Source of the DNA: Vicugna vicugna
Taxonomy: Eukaryota
Reading direction: 5' to 3'
DNA length: 64,000 nucleotides
Assembly: GCA_013265495.1 (NCBI GenBank)
Contig: MU058226.1
Span: forward strand, 520,741-584,740
Shown here: positions 1 through 21,379 of the stretch, in pieces
How positions within the stretch are numbered: position 1 is the first letter of the stretch
Layout of the letters: the number at the start of each line of letters is the position of its first letter
Translations under genes and position numbers: made by a program
Notes under the pieces: generated by a model
The model's input: the letters and a program-made list of their open reading frames with translations, nothing else
What the model was told of the DNA's origin: nothing
The model's database searches: none

Positions 1-219
1 GTTTTCTGCTTCTCCTATACTGTCTCCTTGGGAACCTGTGTCCTAACTACCTCCCTTGGGGCCACTTTCTCTATTACCTGTATTATGTTTGCCTTTTGCT
101 ATTATGTCTTGTTCCTTTGTTACTTTTCTTTCCAGGTAAATAAATGTTTCATAGTTTAGGGAGAGCAGGAAGCGTGTGGGTATAGAAAAGGCTGTGAAGG
201 CCCAGCTCATGACTGATGA

Positions 220-9358
<9,139 letters not shown>

Positions 9359-9550
9359 AGAATTCACCCACCCATTCTGGAATGTGACAGTCCATCCCTT
9401 TTCAGGAGATGACACCAGGCATGGGGATGAAGGAGACACTACTGCCACCTGCCCCTGACAACCCCAGCCCCCACCCCATGGCTTCCCTCTTTTGCATCAC
9501 CACCACTCCTAATCCCCCCACTTCCTGATTTGTCAATTTTTTTTAACAAA

Positions 9551-9556
9551 ACTAAA
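9551..9556 (+). terminator. Probable non-canonical DDX39B poly(A) signal ACTAAA
   Basis: No AATAAA on + between the stop and about 9600. ACTAAA is followed by a GT-rich element (tgtgtctgtggt). Confidence 0.55.
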
Positions 9557-9595
9557 AAACATATGTGTCTGTGGTATCTGTAAGCGCTCCGTCCC

Positions 9596-9601
9596 TTTAT
9601 T
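9596..9601 (-). terminator. MCCD1 poly(A) signal AATAAA
   Basis: tttatt on the + strand, about 280 nt downstream of the MCCD1 stop codon. Confidence 0.7.
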
Positions 9602-9882
9602 GGATTTGGGGTGAGATTTTAGGGCGTAATCCAGAGTAAGTTCCTATAGGGACTGTGCGCTGCTGTGGGGCCAAGGTCAATGGGAGGTGTCAAACTGGGG
9701 GATGTGACTGAAAAGACTGCAGAGGCCGTGATTCCTCACTGCTTTCCATATCCTGGCCCTTTGTGGAGGATTCCATTTTCTTAGTGGCTGGGAGAGGCCG
9801 GGGTGTTCCTGATTGAAGGGCTGGGGAGAGTGGTATGCAGTATTGCCAGTGTTGGAGGGTGAAGTGCAAACTGGTGGAAAGC

Positions 9883-10768
9883 TTAGGCGTCTCCTCCCGG
9901 GCTCTCCCTGTGTCTCATCTGCTCTTTCAGCTTCTGGATCTTGAGCACTAGGGCCTGGGCTTCCCAGGCCCCCTCTTGACCTTCCAGCAGGGCCTGGTAT
10001 AGCTCCAACTGCTGTTCCAGCAACTCCTCAGCCTGGGCCAGCTCATCTGTGGGATGAGGCTGGGGGTCCTGGGAGAGGGAGCATTAGGGAGGGAGCATCA
10101 GCTAGGGCAGGAGGCTGAGGCTCACTGAAAGGAATTATGTGTCTTTCCAGTTTTTCAACCTCATTAGTTTTAAGGTCCTCTACTGCAGAGCCAAGGTTAA
10201 CTTCCTGTCTTAGGCATAGGCCTGGGGCTGGATGGGAGAGCAATTAGAGATCACAGCCCATGGGCTATGACTTGACTCCCTGTGCAGCATGTGGGGTTAT
10301 GGGAAGGGGAGGACTTGCTGTCCCAACCCACCCCAAAGAAATAGTTAACTGTTAGGGGAAATTCCTGTTCAAGGACTTCGTGGGCTGTGAGGAGGGAAGG
10401 GTGCGGTAGAGGGTCCCCTGAGGTCTGGAGTGGTCTGGGGGCAGGGAAAGTTCCGGGAAACTGGGTTGGGACTAGGCAACAAGCACCTGGGTTACGGGTA
10501 GTGTCTGCTTTCAGCTGGCCTTTGTTATGGGATGAGATGGAGGTGATTCCCTGTACCCCCCCAGTACAAATTTGCCCTCCAGCCTCACTCTTGGTCCACT
10601 TACCCTGGGGGGTGACATCTTCCCACTGCCTGTAGAGCTGGTCTCTTCTGTACTTGCCTTGGGATCTTGGGAGAAGCGCCTCCAGGAGCCCTGAAGTGCA
10701 TAGGGCCAGGATGGCAGGAGGAGGAGGCGGCAGCAATGTCCAGAGAGCCAGGGCAGAGGGAAGACCAT
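9883..10768 (-). CDS. MCCD1: Mitochondrial coiled-coil domain protein 1, 116 aa; exons 10768-10604 and 10068-9883
   Basis: MVFPLPWLSGH…GKMSPPR|DPQPHPTDELAQAEELLEQQLELYQALLEGQEGAWEAQALVLKIQKLKEQMRHRESPGGDA*. Phase-0 GTAAGT…CCCAG intron. Syntenic position next to DDX39B. Confidence 0.95.
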
Positions 10769-12249
10769 GGCGGGTGAGGCAGGGAACTGGTCTCTGGGCT
10801 GTAGCCTCGCTTCAGTGCCTGGCCCTGCCCCTGCCCTGCTCTGCTGCACCTACCCACCTCCTAACCTGGCCCCAGAGTCCAGGAACTCATGTTCCCTGAT
10901 GTGAAAATGTTCCTGCCAGGGTAGGCAGTACCTTAGAATTCTGGTGCCTAGCCTACTGCATGTCTAATGTCTTTTTTCTTAGAATGTGTTCTCATTCCTC
11001 TCAATTCTGCAAGGTAGGAATTACACTACTGGTTTGCAAATGAAATGCTCAGTTTCATTCAGCACTCACTGATTCAGCAAATACCAGTTAGAGCCCACTC
11101 TGGACCAGATGTGCTCAAGACTCTACAGCTGGTTGGTGGAAAATCCTGGAGGATTCATGACCAGGTCTCTGACTTGAAAGCTCATACTTGTCCTGGCTCA
11201 AGTATTGATTGATTCTCCCTTTATTTCCCTTTCCTGTTCTTGCTGTCCCAGAGGGACCTTTTTTTCTTGCCCCTGTTGTACATTGCACGTTGTACGGGGT
11301 TACCTTCTCTGGTAAGTCTGGACACCGTACGCTGGGACACTGGTACAGGTTTCAAGCTTTGTTGAACTAGTTAGCCCTCCCATCAAAGATGCACTAGAAC
11401 AAAAGCCCTGTTCACCCATTGTGTGTGAACCTTGTGTATACATATTGGACTTTCTGCAGTGTGTCCTGAAATGTCCTATTGTGGCTGAAGGGCACAGCCA
11501 CAGCCCTGTGGGCAGAGGTGGCTCATAGGGAGTAGATGGTTCCAGCTTTGGTCACCTGGGAAAAGGCAGGTCCTCAGAAAAACATGCTTCAGAAAGCAAG
11601 ATTGCTGGAGAGTGGACAGCTTCTGGCCAGCTCACTATCTGGGACATCACACTGAATTCAGAGGGAAGATTGCCTCTGTCATGGTGTGGGGATCTGGGAA
11701 CCAGGGAGGGAGACCTTCCCGGAGGTCAGTGGTTTTTAACCTTGGGGGACTGAAACACCTTTAGATGAGGTCAGAGACCTCAAGTTCCCCATTGGCTAGC
11801 AGGTTCCCACTTTTCAGTGAAAGAAGAACCAAGAATCCCTGTAAAATTTTGGAGGAGAGAAGCTCTCTCGTTTCTTAAGTGATAGGGTTATGCATGGTTC
11901 ATTTTTGAATTGCAATGTATTCACAGCTTTAAGGCTTAATTATTGGGACATAAGAGGCTCAAACTACTGTTGCTACAGATATGGGAAACTATCTAGTATA
12001 AGGTTAAACAACCCACAGTAACACTGAAGCAAAACTAACCTCGTTTATAAATTAAAGGCAAGATCAGCAGCTATTAAGAAAATAAATGAAACTTCTATAG
12101 GGCAATCAAAATGATGCACTAGTAACAAAATGTCCTTCCTGAAAACTGGACATTTCAACCATCTGAACTTCTATTTTAGGTTATGAGTTACAAAATGGAC
12201 TAACACCCAATAATTTACAGTAGGTCATTCTAAGCCATAAGAATCTGTG

Positions 12250-12880
12250 TGTCGGAGCCAGCCGACAATCGATCAGGTCCAGAAACCTGTGCTGCAGGAC
12301 TGAGAAAAGAAAGACAAGACTAAAAGGAAGACAAGACTAAAAGGTGGGGCGGAGAGGGTCTCACTCTAGCCCGCAAGACGCTAGGTCAAGAGTGGACCTC
12401 GAGTTTATTTCCAGCAGTTAATTTATATGCTTTTAACCCATAGGCAACGGTATCGTAGTTATGATCTATTAGCAATGTGTACTAAAATCATTAACTTGTG
12501 TATTGTTACATACATCATTATTGTTTATAGTTCTCATCAATCAAGACTAACCGTTCCCCAAGAGCTAACATCATTAATTACGGTTATTGTTCCTCTAGGC
12601 TAACATCGTGACTTGTGTATTGGTAACTCAGGTGATTGTTACTAAGATCACTAACTTGTGTGACCTGTATCTCTCTTTCCAGAAGCCCCTGTTCTTAATA
12701 ACTCAATGGCATCAAGATGTTTTTCCGACTCCAAATGCACCTGCTGTTTTTCTAACAAAGGGGTGGCGGGACAGAGATTGTCTTTGCTCAGTCAGCCTTA
12801 GAGCCTGACGCCCCGCACTCTGGGAGTTTAGGCCCAGTTTCTGTGCTCGGCAGCCCTCAGGTCATGAGTGGCACCCCGCA
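12250..12880 (-). mobile_element. Solo LTR, ERV class II (ERVK/beta-like), 631 bp
   Basis: TG…CA termini and a perfect 6-bp TSD TCTGTG (12244-12249, 12881-12886). The minus strand starts TGCGGGG and carries a TATA (about 12427-12422) closely followed by AATAAA (12409-12404). Confidence 0.85.
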
Positions 12881-13730
12881 TCTGTGGATCTGGCTTTGTT
12901 CGTCTGTGGGAATTAAAGAAAAGGCTAGTATTTGGGTTAGTTCAAATCTGTTGGGTAAGCTGGGATCTCACAATCATGGAAATGAAGGAATGAAGATAGA
13001 TAAATGTTTAAACCTAGATTTACGTTACTGTGTATATTTTTTTGTTACTTCTGAGTGTTTAGTAGTCTCCCTCTCACCCCCCATTTATATGAAAAGGCTT
13101 TGTTTATGTCTAGTAGAGCCTTAATCAAATGAGGGCTCTGGCCTGGCCTCTGCAGGAGGTGCCTGTCTTCAGCCAGGGACAAGCAGACGATTATGGGAAG
13201 CATCAACCACAAGGTCAAGGGATTGTCGAGCTCCCTGAGGCCAGTGTACCGATGCCGCCCTTTAATATTGCATCTTACCTGGCAGATTGGCAGGACTAGG
13301 GTGACTGACATGAATCATAGCCTTCATGTGAAACTCTTGTGGAGCTGGTTTCCTAGATATATTGAAGTCCACCCATTACATTAATGTGAGAGCTTACTGA
13401 CTGTCAGAGACCCTGTTGGCCACTTTTTGTTCCTGTCACAGGTGACCTTCATGATAACTTTTGAAGAGCGCTTTCTCATTTCACGTTTTTTTTGCATGTG
13501 GATGTTCAGTTGTTCCAGCAACATTTGTATGTTCTATTTCTGGGTTCTCTATTCTGTTTCGTTGATCTATTTGTGTACTCTTTCACCAATACCACACTGC
13601 CTTGATTACTGTAGCTTTATAGGAAGTCTTGAACTCAGACACTGTCTTCAAGTGTCCACTGACTTTGTTCTCTTATGGTGTGATGGCTCTTTTGCCTCTC
13701 CATATAAACTTTAGAATCAGTTTATCAGTA

Positions 13731-14202
13731 CAGACATACCTTGGAGATATTATGCATTTGGTTCCAGATCACTGCAATAAAGCAAGTCACATGAATTTTT
13801 TGGTTTCCCAGTGTATAGAAAAGTTATATTTACACTATACTGTAGTTTATTAAGTGTATAATAGCAGTCTGTCTAGAAAAAAAATGTACAAGGGAGTAAG
13901 GTATAGCTTAGTTAGAGTGCATGCTTAGCATGCATAAGGTCCTGGTTTCAATCCCCAGTATCTCCATTAAAAAATAAATACATAAATATATAAATAATCA
14001 ATCTAATTACCTCCCCCCCCAAAGATTTTAAAAATAAAAACTAAAAAACAATGTACATACCTTAATTTTAAAATAATGCTTTTGGGAAAATGGTGCTGAT
14101 AGACTTGCTCAATGGAGGGTTGTCACAAACCTTCAGTTTGTAAAAAATGCCAGAATCTGTGAAGTGCAAAAAAGCAAAATGCAATAAAGTGAAGTATGTC
14201 TG
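13731..14202. mobile_element. Internally deleted Tigger1-type DNA transposon
   Basis: TIRs CAGACATAC…GTATGTCTG with a TA duplication on both sides. Both ends match recalled Tigger1 termini. Confidence 0.85.
13891..14045 (+). mobile_element. Vic-1-type camelid SINE inside the Tigger1 element
   Basis: tRNA-like head ggtatagcttagttagagtgcatgcttagcatgca…ggtttcaatcccc, A-rich tail, and TSD of about aaaa(a/c)aatgtaca. Confidence 0.85.
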
Positions 14203-17200
14203 TATCCACAAAGTAACCTGCCAGGATTTTGATTGAAATTATGTTGAATCTATTGACCAAATTGGGAAGAACTGACATCTTGATAATTTTGAGTCTTCTA
14301 TCCATGAACATGGAATATCTCTCAACTTACTTCTTTGATTTCTTTCATCAGAGTTTAAATTTTTTTCCTCATATAGAGGAAAAAATATATTGTACATATT
14401 TTGTTAGATTTATACATAAGTATTTCATTTTGTGGGGTGCTAATGTAAATGGTATTGTGTTTTTAATTTCAGCTTCCAGTTGTTTATTGCTGGTGTACAG
14501 GAAAGCGATTGACTTTTGTATAGTAGGGCTTGTATCATGCAGCCTTGATTAACTGTTAGTTGATGGTACCAGGAGTTTTTTGTTGTTGTTGTTGATTCTT
14601 TGGATTTTCTACATACATAATCATGTCATCTGCCAACAAAGACAGTTTTATTTCTTCCTTCCCAATCTGTATACCTTTTATTTCCTTTTAAAGTCTTATT
14701 ACATTAACTAGGACTTCTAATATGATGTTGAAATGAAGTGGTGAGAGGGGACATCCTTACCTTGTTCCTGATCTTAGCAGGAAAACTTCTAGTTGCTTAC
14801 TGTTAAGTATAATGTTAGCTGTGGGGTTTTTGTAGATGTTCTTTATCAAGTTTAGGAAATTCCCTTCTATTCCTAGTTCACTTAGAATTTTTATAATGAA
14901 AATTGGTTTCTGTCAAATATTTTTTCTGCATCTATTGATATGATTATATGATTTTTCCTTTTTGAGCCTCTTGAGGTGGTAGATTACATTAATTGATTTT
15001 CAAATGTTGAACTAGCCTTGCATACCTGGGATAAATCCCATTTGGTTGTGGTATATAGTTCTTTTTATACATTGTGGATTTGGTTTGCTAATATTTTGTT
15101 GTGGACTTTTGCATCTATGTTCATGAGAGATATTGGTCTATAGTTTCTTTTCCTGTAATGTTATTGTCTGGTTTTAGTATTAGGGTAAACTGGCCTCACA
15201 GAATGAGTTAGAAAGTGGTCCTTCTGCATCTATCTTCTGGAAGAGATTGTGTAAAGCATTGGTATAATTTACCAGTGAATTTATCTGGGCCTGCTGCTTA
15301 CTTTTTAAAATTATTTTTTGAATAACATTAGATTTACAGAAGGGTCGTAAACCTAGAACACAGCATTCTCGTTACCCAGCTTCCTTTAATGTTAGCATCT
15401 AACAAAACCACGTTAAGACTAAGAAACTAAGAAATTAAAATTGGTACAATGCTATTAGCTAGGCTATAGACTTTATTTGGATTTCATCAGTTTTTCCCCT
15501 AATGTCCTTTTTCTGTTTCAGGATCCAATCCATGGTACCTTAATGCATTCAGTTATCATGTCTCCTTAGTCTCCTCTGATCTCTTGAGTTTCTTAGTCTT
15601 TACCTGTTTTCATGACCTTGAAAAATTTGAAGAGTAATGGACAGATCATTTGGAGAGTGTGACTCAGTTTGGGTTTATCTGATATTTTCAGATAATCAAA
15701 TTGGGATTATGGGCTTTAAGGAAGAGTACCGTAGAGGCAAAGTGCCCTTCTCAGCACATCATGTCAAGGGGCGTGTGGCCTTTATCACCTGATTCAGGTT
15801 ATGTCTGCCAAGTTCTCCATTGTTACACAATTAGTAGTAATTTTTCCCTTTCCATATTCCATTCTTGGAAATGAGTCGCCAAGTCCAGCCCACAGTCAAG
15901 GGGAGGAAAATTAAGCTCCTCCTGGAAGGGGGATTCTCTTCATGTATTACTTCATGTATTACTTGGTATTATTCTATAAGATTCGTCTTTTCTCCCCACC
16001 TTAAAATTTTTTTTCAATCATTTATATATTTCAGTATGAACTCAGTATTTATTTTATATTTTGGGTTATAATCCGATACTATTGTTATTGTGATGCTCAC
16101 ATTGTTCCAACTTTGTTCACAGGGAGCTCTTTCAGGGCTCCTGTGTCCCTCTGACATGGCCCATTTTGGGAGAGCTGCACTTCCTTTCTAAGGATCCTTG
16201 GTTCCTTTTATTGGAGAATGGTATTTAGAGACCAGGATCTGGACACTGGGTGCTCATTTCACTTTTCTAAAGAGGACCCAGAGTTTCCAAGAGCTGCCCA
16301 AATGCATGCAGGCACGTAAGAGGCTCCCACTTCAGCACCACATTAGAGCTTGTTCAGTGCAGCCTGTGCTACTCAACATAATGGCCAGTTCTCCATCCAC
16401 GACTTCACTCCTTGAAGCTTCTGTTTTTTTTAACCTGTAGGCCTTAAATATTAATAATTTAATTCTCTGATGTTTGGAGATTTTCCTAAAAGAAAATTTT
16501 CATGTTTGTTAACAAATTCCACTTACAAAATTGAAGAATAGGCAAGAGGAAAAGACAGCAGAGGGAGGATTCAGTTATATTTTGCTTTTGTGTAGAGTCT
16601 TTCTCCATTCCTGCTGCTCTTTCCCTGTCCCTGGGCTAGGGTGAAGGCTGGTCTCTTGGACTATGAGAGAAATAATGATGTGGAATCATCTTTCTTCATC
16701 ATCTCCCCAAACCCTTTGATTTCTACTGTCTGTGCCCATCCTCTCTCTCCAGCCCCTTGCTTTTTCTCTCAGCTAGGGCCCAGTATCTTACCTAGAGCCC
16801 ACTCCTCAGTGGGAAGGGGGCCATTTTTACCACTGGAGGGCAGAGGAGGAGAAGAGAGGGCAGGGCCCCAGGCTGTGGGAGAAGGTACAGCAGGAATGAA
16901 GGAGGTTAGAGCCAGAAGGACTTCCAAATGAGGGTGAGATGTGAGTGATCAGTGACTGAGGACATTCTCAGCATCTCCATGTAGAAGGGAAGGGAAGGCC
17001 CTTGGGAACAGGGGCTGAGAGCCTTGGCAGGGTCTGGACGAGATTCACCCCACCCTCACCCCTGTCCTCTGACAACACTTCACCCCAGGTCACACTGAGG
17101 GAGTTCCTCTTTGGGAGGACCCCTACAGCTATCCAGCTCTGGTATGCCTTGTCATCCCCAAGTCAGGACCCCCTGAGTCCTGAGTCCGCAGTCAGCTCAG

Positions 17201-17719
17201 CATGCTGTTGGCAGGGGAGGAGTCTAAGGCTCGGCCTCGGCCTCTCGGAGTGTGATTGCCTCAGGGTCCTCCTTGTGAATTACAGCAACCCTGGGCAGGA
17301 ACACTGGATGCAGGAGAGAGACAGCCAGGAGAGCGAGGGTGGGGCCCCACCTCAGCTTCCACACAGCAGTGCCTTCTCCCTTCCCCAGCCCCAGGACTTC
17401 TAAAGAACAGAGCAGGAAAGAGACACCCAGGACCCCACACCTCTCTGCCAGAAGTCTGTCCATAAGTGTGCCCACCTCCAGTCCCACTGCAGTTTTAGTG
17501 CCTGCCCCATGCAGAGATCTAGGTGGGTGCAGAGAGTGATCCCGCAGTGCTCTTTCTTCAAATATCTGTGCAGCTCAGTTCCTCACCTGCTTCAAGTCTG
17601 CTCAGCCATCACCTCCACGAGGCCCAACCTGACTCTCTTTTAAAGTGCCACCTCTCCCATCACCTTGCATTGATTGTTGACTTTGCATTCATTATTTTTT
17701 CTCTGCATCTCATATCATT

Positions 17720-18237
17720 TTCTCATAGCGTGAAGTTATCTTTTTCCAAAGATGACCTCAATAGCACCCCCTCCCAACATGCTCTTTTGCAGTGTGACCT
17801 CACTGTCCCCTATCTAGAGGTGGGGCCTAGTTCCCCTCTTTTTGAATTGATTACTGGCTTTGATGGCTAAACATGAGAAAGGTGACAGTGCATGACTTCT
17901 GAGGTTCCTACATAAGTTGCCTTGTGCTTTCTGACTTGTCCAGTTGAAACACTCCCTCCTGGAACCCAGGTGCTAAGCTGAGAGCAGCCCAGCCACATGG
18001 AGAAGCAGGTAGAGGGCGATGTAGGCCACTGGCTTAACAGCCCTAGTGAGCTCCCAGCCGACAACCAGCACCACCTGCAGCCCCGTGAGGGAGCCCTCTG
18101 GAAAGTTCTGAACCAGTAGGGCCTCCAGATGACCGCAGCCCTAGCCCAGTCACACGGAGCAGAAGAGCTGCCCACTGAGCCCCATCAACCCACAGAATGA
18201 GAAGGAATAAAACAGTTGTTTTGGGATAACAGGAACA
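17720..18237 (+). mobile_element. ERVL-MaLR (MLT1-like) LTR within L2 remnants
   Basis: Characteristic MLT1 motifs (cagccacatggaga…cagccgacaaccagc…actgagccc…aataaa). Subfamily not resolvable by eye. Confidence 0.6.
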
Positions 18238-18641
18238 CATAACATATAATTTACCACTATTACGATGTTTATTTATTGTCTTTCCTGTCAGATGGTAAGC
18301 ATCAGGAGCAAGTATTTTGTCTGTTTTGATTAAATGATCACCAGTCCTAGAACAAAGTCCTAGAATAAAGTAACAGCAAATAGGTGACAATTTTCTTAGG
18401 AACTGAACCTTTGTGGTCTTTTTCCTATTTTCCAAGAAGCAACAAGCCATCTTTCTTATCACCCCTCCCCTTCTACTTCTTATGTATGCATAATTTCCCT
18501 TGCCTTTGAATGAGACTTAAGTGCTGACACAGAAGCACTCACTAAATATGTGTAAATGAATAAATAAATGCTGTGACAGATTCCTTAAAGCTGGGTGTGA
18601 GGCTAGAAGAGGGGAGGTTAACAGTGTTGGGTTTTGGAGGT

Positions 18642-18830
18642 TGTCTTAGTCAGTTCAGGCTGCCATAACTGAATAACACAGGCTGCGTGGCTTAAACAAG
18701 AGAAATTACTGTTCTCACAGTTCTGGAAAGAAGTCCAAGATCAAACTGCCTGGAAATTTGGTTTCTGGTGAGGGTTCTCTTTTTGGCTTGTAGATGGCTG
18801 CCTTCTCACTGTGTCCTCACATGGCTTTTT
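18642..18830 (-). mobile_element. MaLR (MLT1/MST-like) LTR fragment
   Basis: tgtcttagtcagttcaggctgccataac…ctcacagttctgga…ctgtgtcctcacatgg is a typical MaLR LTR end. Confidence 0.7.
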
Positions 18831-19843
18831 GTCTGGGGAGGAGCTTGTGTTCAAAGCCCTGTTCTGGTTCTAGGAGCCCCCAGAGGCCCTGGGGAAGTCC
18901 TGCTGAGCAGGAGGAGGGACAGCTGGATTGCCTGTCCTCAGCCCTGTGGCCACACGAGGGCGCCCCCACACCGCTGTCAGATTTTGACTGAGCTGCCTCA
19001 AAGGGCCTGGGCTGTGCAAATTGGTCAGAGATGGCTGACCTGAAGGCTGGGTAGCAATGGGGGAAAGAAGTAGCTTCTGAGCAGCCCTGGATTGCACAGG
19101 TGTCAAGGTCAGGGATGGGACAGGGATTGAAGGAGAAGAGAGTTCAGGAGCCTTGTGCCAACTCTTGAGGTTTCTGTCTCCCCAATGTGACCCCTCTCTC
19201 CAGCCCCTTGGTGACAACACCCTGGAAAACTGAAAAGAAACATTTTCTTCTACTCTCTGTTTCTTTTCAGTACTCCTTGATGGAGCAACAGTAACAACAT
19301 CTGTCTAAGTTTTTCTCAGGAAGGATACATGAGAAATTGGTAAAATGGTCATCTCTGGCAGAGAATCTGGGTGCCTGGGGTCTGGGTCTGGGGAAAGAGG
19401 AAAATTTCCCACTGCAAACTCTTTGGAATTTCTTGAATATATATATTGTTTAACCTTTCTCCCCCACCTCCAAGAATACTAGCTCCAAGAAAGCTGTATC
19501 TTCTCTAGGCTTTGAAGGGCCCGGCACGTGGAAGATGCTGCATTAGAATTTGCCGTGGGAATAGCTATACAGAAGAAACTTGTTGTTTATTGAAACAATA
19601 CATTTTTGAGGAACTGACAAGGCAAACACATTTGGGCTTAGGGTACTAAATTAGTGAAGTAACTAAATTAGTGAAGTAACATAGCTTTCTCAGCCCTAAA
19701 TTTCCTATCTCTGGTGTTAAGGAGATGCCTTCTACCCTTCTGGTACAGGAAGGGTACCTTTGACATGGGATATTTATTTCCTGCTTTCAGGGGAACAAAG
19801 GAGGGTCAGGATGTTTTTCTTGCATTGCTATTTCTTAAGTAAC

Positions 19844-20330
19844 TGTCTATGAAAATTCAATTAACCATCAAGTTAAGAAGAAAAAAGGCGTATTTTATTC
19901 CAGCCAAATAGGATTATAACCCCGGGAAGCAGATTCTCAGAAAGCTCTGAGAACTCTTCTACCTGTTAGAAGTCAAAAGCACAGTCAACTACATTTTCTA
20001 GACAAATGATTGTACATCAAAATGACATTTCCATAAAGTTCACCAGGACACATAGTCCAGGTAGGCATATACAAAGAGAGCAGCAAGTCACCATGACCCG
20101 CTATAAGCAGAGGAAGACCGTATTCTTTTGAGAGGTTACATTGCTAGTGTCAGAAGAAAGAAAGAAAAAAAAAATCTTTAAATTTAAGCAGGCACTCCCA
20201 TATTTGAGGCAGTGTAATGAAAATACACACATTGCACATTAGGGAGGGAGGGGGTGCAAACAGGCACAGAGATAATTTTATGTTTAATTTTTTTCTTGTT
20301 TTGCCTTAAAATATAAATTTTATTTCATCA
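19844..20330 (-). mobile_element. ERV1-class solo LTR (487 bp) nested in an older MER34-like LTR (about 19580-20402)
   Basis: TG…CA ends with a 4-bp TSD TAAC (19840-19843, 20331-20334). The host element's minus-strand start TGAAGGGGAGCAGAAAATACCACCTCAAAA is MER34-like. Confidence 0.7.
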
Positions 20331-20452
20331 TAACGTTAGTTCAAAATAATCAATATGCCAAAAATGTATATATTTTGAGGTGGTATTTTCTGCTCCCCTT
20401 CAACTCACAAACTCAGGGATATGGAATGAAGACAATTTAAAAATACAACAAT

Positions 20453-20575
20453 GGGGGTGGAGGGTATAGCTTGGTGGTAGTGTGCATGCTCAGCATGCAC
20501 AAGGTCCTGGGTTCAATCTCCAGTACCTCCATAAAATTTTTTTTAATTCTTAAAAAATAAAAGGTTAAAAAAATT
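20453..20575 (+). mobile_element. Vic-1-type SINE
   Basis: tRNA-like head, with TSD aaaatacaacaa on both sides. Confidence 0.85.
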
Positions 20576-21151
20576 AAAATACAACAACACAGGGGTCACT
20601 GTTACACTGGGAAAGTAAGATTTAGGAGATTTGTGAGTCTTCTTGCAGTGCTGTTTAGACAGATTTCTAAACATAATGGCCAAAGTCATTTTACCAGACT
20701 AGATTTCTGATGTTCGGTGTCATTACGATTGTGCTCCTCCTTGTAGTTAACAAGCATCAAGGAAACTGATCTCTTTGGGAATCTCTATCTGGAGTCTTCA
20801 GGCACCTCTCCAGGTTGAAAGACAAGGGCGACTTCACTCTGTGGCATCAAGTTCCCTGGGGGCTGAGTCTTCTTCTAGAAGAGTCCAAGGGGAGGGGTGA
20901 GAAGCAGATGGTCCTGGCAGCCTGGACGATTCCGGAAAGAACAGCTCAGGAAAAACTGAGCCTAATCTGGCTATCCCTTCCGGGTTTCCTCAGACAGCCC
21001 CTGGACCAGGACTCAGGGAGACAGTGTGACAGCTCTCGGTGCTGGCGAGGAGGGATCAGGGCAAAGTCCCAGGTCCCCGGCAGGGCGGGGTCTGGGGCGG
21101 TGCTCTCAGGGTCTCACCGAGGACGGGGTCTAGGGTGGGGAAGTTCAGTGT

Positions 21152-21310
21152 TGGGGATTCCCCATCTCTTGAGTGTTTCACTTTCTCTCTCACAACGTGT
21201 GTAGGGCGCTCCTGCCTGGACACTCATGACACAGCCCCAGTTCTCACTCCCACTGGGTGTCCTGTTTCTAGATAAGCCAATCAGTGTTACCGCAGTTCTC
21301 TGTCACAAAG
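21152..21310 (+). promoter_or_regulatory. MHC class I promoter: enhancer A, ISRE, SXY module, CCAAT, degenerate TATA
   Basis: TGGGGATTCCCCA (21152-21164); GTTTCACTTTCT (from 21175); X2 TGACAC (21227-21232); Y position ACTGG (21252-21256); CCAAT (21277-21281); TCACAAAG at the TATA position (21303-21310). Confidence 0.9.
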
Positions 21311-21379
21311 TCCGTATGGACGCCCCACCCCCCTCAACTTCCCCACTCAGGATCTCCTCGGATTCCGAGCAGGCGGGTC

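Larger units (their letters stand above)
13480..15300 (-). mobile_element. Old LINE-1 ORF2 fragment interrupted by a Tigger1-derived element
   Basis: Typical antisense L1 ORF2 text; minus-strand peptide MFMDRRLKIIKMSVLPNLVNRFNIISIKI is L1 ORF2-like. Boundaries approximate. Confidence 0.85.

Noticed and set aside
19645..19678. 17-bp tandem duplication (and a 22-bp one at about 54467-54510)
   Set aside because: Two-unit slippage duplications inside repeats, with no spacers or array structure. Not CRISPR-like.
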